Below are positions 57,474 to 64,000 of a stretch of 64,000 bases of DNA, piece after piece (within the stretch, counting starts at the first letter, position 1; each line of letters begins with the position of its first letter). The stretch comes from a virus. Lineage: Duplodnaviria > Heunggongvirae > Uroviricota > Caudoviricetes. The stretch spans positions 32,001 to 96,000 of the IMG/VR virus record IMGVR_UViG_3300028887_000066, one strand, 5' to 3'. The translations under genes were made by a program, and so were the position numbers. Under the pieces are notes generated by a model, which saw only the letters and a program-made list of their open reading frames with translations, ran no database searches and was not told where the DNA came from.

Positions 57474-58241
57474 TTAGAACACTAAATGTTCGGGATAATC
57501 AGCGGTATAGTCGTAACTCTTAATCGCTTGAATATCTGTCATTTCAGAAACTCTTGCCTTATGCTCTGCCGTAACGTTATAGCACTCAAGCGCATACACC
57601 TCGATAGCACTAAGCAATTGAATCACAGTATCACAAGGTACAGTATAACTCTTGCTTCCAAGCCAAAGAGTAGTTGTCTCTTCACCTGCGGCCTTTAAAA
57701 TCGTAGTAGAGTTCATAAGTCCTACGCGAGTAGCTTTATCAAGCCACATCTCATCACCGTCATAAACAAATGAGTTTACAGCTGGACTAACATCATATTC
57801 AGTAATAGTCTTGAGCATTTCCTTTCTAACACTCTCAAGTGTCTCAACAATAGGAATACCGATAAGCGGGCAAATAGCCTTTGTAACCTTTTCTGCAAAA
57901 TCAGACCAAGATTGAAGCCTTTCGTAATCTTCACGTCCTTCATCTGAAAATTCCTTATTGACAACAATTGAAAGCTGCTCTTCCTCGCTAAAACGATGTG
58001 AAAGAACGGTTTTCTTCACGCTGTCAAAAGTAGGTGAAGATGGAATAAGATAGGATACCTTCTCACCTGAACAAACAGCGATAGTATATTCACCGCTTCT
58101 ACGGATATTAAGGTCATTGAGATCGACATCTATTTCCTCGATTCCGTCCAACATCTCTATTTCCATAGAAATACCAACAGTCAAGCCGTTTTTCAGGTAT
58201 TTTCCTGCATCCGCATAGATTCTCTTGTCTTTTGTATACAT
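57474..58241 (-). CDS. DUF4376-domain tail-fibre-associated protein
   Basis: ITEYDVS.AVNSF..MWLDKATRVGL..LW..LL.AIEVYALECYNVTAEHK..YDYTADYP..L.F. Confidence 0.75.
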   Translation of the reverse strand: MYTKDKRIYADAGKYLKNGLTVGISMEIEMLDGIEEIDVDLNDLNIRRSGEYTIAVCSGEKVSYLIPSSPTFDSVKKTVLSHRFSEEEQLSIVVNKEFSDEGREDYERLQSWSDFAEKVTKAICPLIGIPIVETLESVRKEMLKTITEYDVSPAVNSFVYDGDEMWLDKATRVGLMNSTTILKAAGEETTTLWLGSKSYTVPCDTVIQLLSAIEVYALECYNVTAEHKARVSEMTDIQAIKSYDYTADYPEHLVF

Positions 58242-59494
58242 AATCTTTCTCTATTTTTTATAATGTAAATACAACTTGGAAGATGTTTTTCTAACCGACA
58301 TCCATCTTCACAGTATTCTTTATATGCTTTTACTTTCTTATATTTCTCGTCATAGTAGCAATACTTCCACAATATGTCCAAATCCTTAGACAAAAGCAGT
58401 TTCTTTCTTACTTTGTATGTATCCTTATGCAACATGAATCCCAAATATGAATTCATCACGCATATTGCATGAGCAATAACTTCTTTGTTTCCTGGAGACA
58501 ACTCAAGCTGCCTCTTGATTTTCCTCATTGCTTCCCATGCACTTCCGATAGTCCTTTTCGCAATATAAAGTCTGTTAGGCTTTATAACTGTCCCTATAAA
58601 TTTTATGCCCTTCTGTACTTCTTGTATATATACTTTTTTAGGGTGGAGCATTACACCATTCTCCTTCAGTTTTTTCCTTATTTGTGAACGCGCCTTCAAA
58701 AGCTTCTTCTTATCGTTACACACAATATAGAAATCGTCCACATAACGCCCGTAATACTCAAACCCCATATCTTCTCTTATCCAATGATCAAACCAAGATA
58801 AGTAAAAATTAGCGAATATCTGCGATGTAAGATTGCCAATAGGAAGCCCCTTATCGGGGTCACAGAAAAACAATGATTTGTTTTTCGGCAATCCGTTCCA
58901 ATGTGCCTTAGACTGTTTTCTTACACAATTGTCTTGAGGACGATTAAATACTATCAAATTAAGTAGCCAAAGTATATAATTGGTTTCTCTTTCAGGAAAA
59001 TTAACTTTTTCTTTAATAAAATTAAGTAACATATAAAAAAGTTTTGGCTTAGATATTGACATAAAAAACGACTTCAAATCACATTTAAGAATATAAGTCT
59101 CTTTCGTATAGTTTTCAGAACATTTCTCAATCTGTTCCTTACAACGCACCACACCGTATTCAGTTCCTTTTCCTTCACGGCAAGAATAAGCATCATCAAT
59201 GAATTCCCTTTCAAAGTATGGCATCAGTCTGTTGATCACCAAATGATGAACTATTCTGTCCCTAAAGTCAGCCGCAAACACCTCTCTTTTAACAGGATAG
59301 TCAACGACAAAGACAATACTTCTTCCAACAGTGTAAGTTTTCCTATTCAGGTCAATCCATAGCTTATACAATTCAATCTCATCATTCATTTCGAATAATG
59401 CGGAATTAACTGTACGCCTTTTTCTTTTCCGACAATCCAAATATGCCTCATATAATTCATCATATGTGACATACTCCTGTTCAAATGTCACCAT
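58193..59494 (-). CDS. DGR reverse transcriptase
   Basis: KREVFAADFRDRIVHH, LKCDLKSFFMSI, GLPIGNLTSQIFANFYL (DGR-type IGxxxSQ) and YGRYVDDF; lies downstream of TR. Confidence 0.96.
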   Translation of the reverse strand: MVTFEQEYVTYDELYEAYLDCRKRKRRTVNSALFEMNDEIELYKLWIDLNRKTYTVGRSIVFVVDYPVKREVFAADFRDRIVHHLVINRLMPYFEREFIDDAYSCREGKGTEYGVVRCKEQIEKCSENYTKETYILKCDLKSFFMSISKPKLFYMLLNFIKEKVNFPERETNYILWLLNLIVFNRPQDNCVRKQSKAHWNGLPKNKSLFFCDPDKGLPIGNLTSQIFANFYLSWFDHWIREDMGFEYYGRYVDDFYIVCNDKKKLLKARSQIRKKLKENGVMLHPKKVYIQEVQKGIKFIGTVIKPNRLYIAKRTIGSAWEAMRKIKRQLELSPGNKEVIAHAICVMNSYLGFMLHKDTYKVRKKLLLSKDLDILWKYCYYDEKYKKVKAYKEYCEDGCRLEKHLPSCIYIIKNRERLCIQKTRESMRMQENT

Positions 59495-59561
59495 TTTACT
59501 TGATCAACCTCTTTATTTAATAAAAAGAATTTATGCGGTCACTACGGGTAGTAATACCAAG

Positions 59562-59727
59562 AGCTGCGCGACGCACCCGACTACACGGCGAGGAACGCCC
59601 TGACATTGTTGCTATTGTTCTTATTGTTGTTGTTGACATTACCATTGTTCGTGTTAACGTTCCTCGCATTCGTTGCTGAATACTCGGAGCTACTCCAATA
59701 GTTGTTGTTCGTATTCAACGCAAAGGC
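59562..59727 (-). ncRNA. DGR template repeat (TR)
   Basis: 166-bp copy of the VR with 18 AAY codons; all 23 differences from the VR are at TR adenines. Confidence 0.97.
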
Positions 59728-59882
59728 CAATGCAGTTGCAGCTAAATGATCTTCTGAGACCATCATTAACAGACACATAAAGTGTATTACCTGTGTGCAA
59801 CCCTTTTAATATATTTTACCCCTCATTCTTGCAAGCGTACCTGCAAGCGATAGGCGGCCGCCATTAAATTCTTATTTCCTTT

Positions 59883-60290
59883 TTACTTGTTATTATTACT
59901 TTGTTCCAATGCTATCCTATCTTCAAGAGTCTTTATGAAATCCTCAAGCTGTGTTTTTATCGAACCTGCATATTTCATAAATATACCCATGTCCCTAACT
60001 GTAATCGTCCTCAATTCGACCAAGATATTACCTAAGATTATTACCTCCTCTATCTTGTCCATTACTTCTTTAAAGTACCTAACTTTCTCAGTCAAGGTCT
60101 GATTGTTATAGCCTCTCATATAAATCAATAGAGCATCACGTGCAGCCATAACAATTGCATCACCATACCAAATACGGTCAAACTTCTTAACATTTCTGAC
60201 ACGAGTGTCAATCTCTTTTAGGAGTGCTTTTATGTCTAAAAATATATTAGTAACACGGTATCCTGCCTGTTTCTTATTGGCTCTTCCCAT
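59883..60290 (-). CDS. avd: DGR accessory variability determinant (four-helix bundle)
   Basis: 135-aa helical protein between the target gene and TR; KKFDRIWYGD..EKVRYF..I.TQL pattern. Confidence 0.85.
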   Translation of the reverse strand: MGRANKKQAGYRVTNIFLDIKALLKEIDTRVRNVKKFDRIWYGDAIVMAARDALLIYMRGYNNQTLTEKVRYFKEVMDKIEEVIILGNILVELRTITVRDMGIFMKYAGSIKTQLEDFIKTLEDRIALEQSNNNK

Positions 60291-60391
60291 TACTATCAGT
60301 TTTTTATTATTTGTTTATTATAACAATTTGCTGTTAATTCTAAACTTATTATTACTTCTTCCATTATTCATGGAATTTTTATTGATATAAC

Positions 60392-60419
60392 CCTCTCCCC
60401 GTTCTAAGGCGGGGAGAGG
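60392..60419. other. GC-rich hairpin / cruciform downstream of VR
   Basis: CCTCTCCCCG-ttctaagg-CGGGGAGAGG: perfect 10-bp stem with no U-tract. Confidence 0.6.
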
Positions 60420-60495
60420 AAATTACATCTTCTTTGTTGCTTGTTTCTCTGTAAAGCTTTTTCTTACCAGCATTTCTAAGATTCTGTAAGATAAA

Positions 60496-60661
60496 AGCTG
60501 CGCGACGCACCCGACTACACGGCGAGGAACGCCCTGACATGGAGGCTACCGTACTTATTGTCGCCGTAGACACTACCATAGTACGTGTAAACGTACCTCG
60601 CACGCGCCGCTGAATACTCGGAGCTACTCCAATAGAAGTTGTACGTATACAACGCAAAGGC
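60496..60661 (-). repeat. DGR variable repeat (VR), including the GC-rich IMH-like end
   Basis: Aligns to TR without gaps (offset 934); the shared sequence continues past the stop as TCGGGTGCGTCGCGCAGCT. Confidence 0.97.
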
Positions 60662-63600
60662 AGTACCTGACCCATATGCCGTGTTGATGGCCGATACGAT
60701 TCTATTAATAACTGCCAACTTTGGAATAATATATCCAAGCTCACCACAAGCAGGTAAGTACCAATCTCCTGCGCTTGTACCTGTAGTATGGAACCTACGG
60801 CAGCAACAAGCAGCTGGATAATAACCTGAATTGTAGCTGTTAGTAATCGCTGAAGCGGTAGTCCAGCCTGACTGTGCTGTGGCCATTGCTGTAATTATAT
60901 CGGTATTCTTCTTACCATTGAAATCAGCAGTAGCAGTACCTGCCATCACATATGCCTCGTTCTGCTCCAATGTTTCACCGCTGAATGGTGCGCTTCCCTT
61001 GAATGGTGAAGGACACATTCTTTCAGCCAAAGGCTCAGTTGCACCGCTTGAAGTATCAAGATAGTACCATAAATTATCCTGAATGAAGCTGTCAGTTACA
61101 CCAGAGTTCTTATACTTGAAGTATGTGGTGTTATATTGCTCCTCTGAACCAAGACGTGTATAGTCATTAGTTGGAACTGTAGAACCACTGATAGTAGGAA
61201 CCTTAGTTAAATTAGGAAGTGAATTAATATTAACATTATAACCACCCCAATACATACCTTGGTCACTGCCACCAACCTCAGGATTATCATAGTGCATACC
61301 CTTGAGTGACATCACACGTGCGGTACGATCCTTAGTGTGAGTACGTGGAACGACTGTTATACCGATAGGAACACGTCCTGTTGGAATTGTTACACTTACG
61401 GCTGTATTGTAACCACTTGCATTGTATGTGTATGTAGGTCTTGCGAATGTCATATCATCAAGAAGGACATCACCGAATTTACCATACAACTCCTGTCCGA
61501 TAAGGATATTACGTGTAACTATTGCACTACCACGTCCGTTTTCATATGTCAAAGTTGCCTTCAAGACATTTGTCATAGCCTGTGGATTATTAGTTGTAGT
61601 ATACAACGTACATTGTGACTGTCCAGAAGCACTTATGATAGCGTCAGAACCGTCAATCTCCCAAGTTACTGTATAGTTACCTGTATAGAACGGTTTCTCA
61701 AAGTTCAACCTGTAAACGTGATAAGTGTTAAGCTCATCAAGAAGGTCATCACCTGTGATATATCCATCGATGTCTTCAGGATATGTGCGCATAGTCAACG
61801 CAATGTTACGTGTCTTAGTACCACTACCAGAAATTGTCTGACCGTCTACCTCAGTCGTAAATGTAAATGCCGCCGTGATAGTTGCCGTTTCAGCACTTGC
61901 AAGAGGATATGTACAACTTGCAGTAACACCGCTATTACTCTGATTAGAAAGCGTAACTTTATTGTTATTCACACTCCAAGTAACAGATGTGATATTTCTG
62001 TTTACAGTATAGAATGAATATTCGTTAGACCATCCCTCAACCAAGTCACTACCATTGTTGGTTTCATTAGACATCTTAGACCAAGATGTTCCTCCGTCCT
62101 TAGAAGACTGACTGTAAAGAATGTCTTCGTATGTGAATGGAATTACAAATACAAGCTTGTTAGCTGGATTGAATGCATCATCACCGAAAGCAGCCTTGAT
62201 TTGATCAATAACCGTTTCATCGAACTCATCACCTGTAAGGGCAATCCTACCGCTCAAATCCATCTCACGGATACCTAACTTGATATTAGCAAGTTCAGTA
62301 ACCTTTGTAAGAGGTAATGTCCAGTTAACACCTTCGATGAACAGACGAACCTCATCAGCCTTATTGATACTGTGTGAAAGGTTATTCAACCAAGTCTGTA
62401 CCCAATCAAAGTCTGTTCCATAGTAATCATGAGTTGCATCACCGTCTGTATAGATATTGATAGTAGTCAATTCACTCTTTGTTTCAAGAGAAAGTGAAGA
62501 ATCATCAAAGTTAGGAGCCTGCCTCAATGTGATTGAGTGAATACCTGTAGGTATAGTCACCGATGTCAATGTATTAGTCATAGGCAACTGTACATTGGTA
62601 ATGCTTGTGCCGTTAAGCTTCAATGTCTTCAAACGCTTGTAGTTTGTCATATTAGCGACACCCTGGAGTGAAACGACGTTCTCAAGGTCAATATCCTCAA
62701 TGATCAATGGGAATGAAGCATCAGTCAATGTCTTAGGATTGAACTTCACATTGGATGCTGTTGCATCACCACCATCAAATTCCTTTGTACGGTTAGAATA
62801 AAGCAGAATTGAAGAATCGTTGTCATAAATGTGCTTATTCACCCAAGAACCGACACTTGAAAGATATTCAGTACCAACAATACTTGTTGTAACTGTCTGA
62901 CCACCACCAAGTTGGAATGTATGTGTATCACCAACGTGCATTCTTACAGGATGGTTAGTACCTGTCTGATCCTCACCGTGCATCGCAAAAGCATACATCT
63001 CAGCACCTGCCCTTACAGTAAGACTCTTGTTAGAATCGTCTGCAAGCTTGAAACCGAACTTACTCAATGACTTGTAGTACATTGCAAAAGTCTTCATAAA
63101 GAATGTACGCATCTTCAAGAACTGAATCTCACCCTGCAAGCTATCACCCATAGACATCGTGATAGGACGGCTATTCTTAGCTGCGTCATAAGCGTCAATA
63201 CCTGCATTACCGAGCAATGCTGCCTCCTCGTAAAGAAGCCTTGCTGTCTCATTATATGCTACAGAAGGCAAATATTTCTGAATTGAGAAATAATACCTGT
63301 TGAAACATCCGAGAACTGTATCGCCATTGATCTCATAGCCTGAACCAAGTGTACTCATTGCATCAAGCATCTGTGACATTGAACCTCTCAATGAAGGTGA
63401 TGTAGTTGCATCCCTTTCCTCAAGGTCTGTAAGGTATGCGTAAAGCAATGTACCGTAGTAACCTGTATTGTTAGCTGTGAAGAACGGTGTAGTACCATCG
63501 GCTTTCTTGTCAAAGAACTCAACATAGTAGTTCTTGTCCTTAGTACCTTCATTGTTCACACGGAAGATAGTATCATCATCATCACGCCAAGGAAGAATCT

Positions 63601-64000
63601 TTGGTTTCTTTCCGCTTGCAGGCTTGTCAACCATGAAGAATGAGTTCTTACAAAGGTTATCGGAAGCCGCGATAAGCAATGTGAATGAGAAACAGTTAAG
63701 TATCTCGTTGATGCTTGCATACTCATCAATATGTTCGCGCAAGTTTGTTGCCCTTGCCCTCTTGAAGATGGTATTAAGCTCAGTCTTGCTGTAGTTTGAA
63801 AGATCAACAGAACCGATGACAATATTGTTTCCATTTGGATCCGTAACAGCTACATTGTTCAGATACTCAAGAAGGTTGAGTGATGTAGCGTATGTCTTAC
63901 TTGCTGTATAATCAGCACCCTGCTCCGTTATTTCAACACCTGCGCCAACCCATCCGCCAGTAAGGAAGTTATAACGCCATACATTGTATGAATCATCCCA
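60515..64000 (-). CDS. DGR target: large tail fibre / adhesin with LRR-like and Ig-like segments and a C-terminal C-type-lectin-fold VR domain (5' end outside window)
   Basis: Reading frame is open from 64000 to the TAG at 60515 (checked manually beyond 63742); WYLPACGEL and YWSSSE motifs; VR at the 3' end. Confidence 0.9.
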   Translation of the reverse strand, partial: WDDSYNVWRYNFLTGGWVGAGVEITEQGADYTASKTYATSLNLLEYLNNVAVTDPNGNNIVIGSVDLSNYSKTELNTIFKRARATNLREHIDEYASINEILNCFSFTLLIAASDNLCKNSFFMVDKPASGKKPKILPWRDDDDTIFRVNNEGTKDKNYYVEFFDKKADGTTPFFTANNTGYYGTLLYAYLTDLEERDATTSPSLRGSMSQMLDAMSTLGSGYEINGDTVLGCFNRYYFSIQKYLPSVAYNETARLLYEEAALLGNAGIDAYDAAKNSRPITMSMGDSLQGEIQFLKMRTFFMKTFAMYYKSLSKFGFKLADDSNKSLTVRAGAEMYAFAMHGEDQTGTNHPVRMHVGDTHTFQLGGGQTVTTSIVGTEYLSSVGSWVNKHIYDNDSSILLYSNRTKEFDGGDATASNVKFNPKTLTDASFPLIIEDIDLENVVSLQGVANMTNYKRLKTLKLNGTSITNVQLPMTNTLTSVTIPTGIHSITLRQAPNFDDSSLSLETKSELTTINIYTDGDATHDYYGTDFDWVQTWLNNLSHSINKADEVRLFIEGVNWTLPLTKVTELANIKLGIREMDLSGRIALTGDEFDETVIDQIKAAFGDDAFNPANKLVFVIPFTYEDILYSQSSKDGGTSWSKMSNETNNGSDLVEGWSNEYSFYTVNRNITSVTWSVNNNKVTLSNQSNSGVTASCTYPLASAETATITAAFTFTTEVDGQTISGSGTKTRNIALTMRTYPEDIDGYITGDDLLDELNTYHVYRLNFEKPFYTGNYTVTWEIDGSDAIISASGQSQCTLYTTTNNPQAMTNVLKATLTYENGRGSAIVTRNILIGQELYGKFGDVLLDDMTFARPTYTYNASGYNTAVSVTIPTGRVPIGITVVPRTHTKDRTARVMSLKGMHYDNPEVGGSDQGMYWGGYNVNINSLPNLTKVPTISGSTVPTNDYTRLGSEEQYNTTYFKYKNSGVTDSFIQDNLWYYLDTSSGATEPLAERMCPSPFKGSAPFSGETLEQNEAYVMAGTATADFNGKKNTDIITAMATAQSGWTTASAITNSYNSGYYPAACCCRRFHTTGTSAGDWYLPACGELGYIIPKLAVINRIVSAINTAYGSGTAFALYTYNFYWSSSEYSAARARYVYTYYGSVYGDNKYGSLHVRAFLAV

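Larger units (their letters stand above)
58193..60661 (-). mobile_element. diversity-generating retroelement cassette (VR-avd-TR-RT)
   Basis: All canonical components present in BPP-1-like order. Confidence 0.95.

Noticed and set aside
58193-59494. RT as a group II intron, retron or Abi RT
   Set aside because: The IGxxxSQ motif, adjacent avd and adenine-specific TR/VR pair identify a DGR; no maturase or endonuclease domain is visible.
59581-59778. 65-aa Asn-rich ORF as a protein-coding gene
   Set aside because: It is the translated DGR template repeat; the openness comes from its AAY codons.
811-63834. Many short opposite-strand or nested ORFs in the track (for example 3839-4216, 17612-17995, 20896-21372, 44026-44553, 50752-51261, 60379-60747)
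   Set aside because: They are shadows of longer genes with recognisable motifs and have hydrophobic or Ser/Phe-rich antisense composition.
1-64000. Stop-codon reassignment (TAG=Gln as in Lak phages and some crAss-like phages)
   Set aside because: ORFs of 1000-1858 aa are intact in the standard code, coding density is high, and TAG ends plausible genes (1896, 56989, 60515).
1-64000. tRNA/rRNA genes, CRISPR arrays, integrase, capsid or terminase genes
   Set aside because: None recognised by eye; tRNAscan-SE or HMM searches would be needed to exclude divergent cases.

Overview
This is a 64 kb, AT-rich, densely coding segment of a large, probably jumbo, contractile-tailed (T4-like module) dsDNA phage. 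Repeated Bacteroidota sigma-A -7 boxes (TAnnTTTG) in front of its non-structural genes point to a Bacteroidota host. The standard genetic code gives intact ORFs. Replication and recombination genes: 5'-3' exonuclease, RecA/UvsX, gp32-like SSB, SNF2 helicase and family B polymerase. Tail, neck and baseplate genes: hub with two hydrolase-like domains, gp53, tube initiator, tape measure, chaperone pair, tube, sheath, gp14/gp15 and gp5 spike. It also has an M15 endolysin, three free-standing nucleases, a glycosyltransferase operon and a gp55-like late sigma factor. At the right end is a complete diversity-generating retroelement (target gene with VR, then avd, TR, RT). TR and VR are 166 bp long and differ at 23 positions, all at TR adenines. 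The most unusual non-coding signal is an orphan ~115-nt RNA (23701-23815, minus strand) with a pseudoknot and kink-turn. It resembles a TnpB omega-RNA but lies between a GIY-YIG and a Vsr-like nuclease, with no tnpB in the window. Other signals: a late-promoter motif TATTTAT(A/T/C), a probable +1/-2 frameshift in the tail chaperone, an iteron-like candidate origin, and structured leaders on polB and the sigma gene. All family calls are from motif recognition by eye; no database searches were run.
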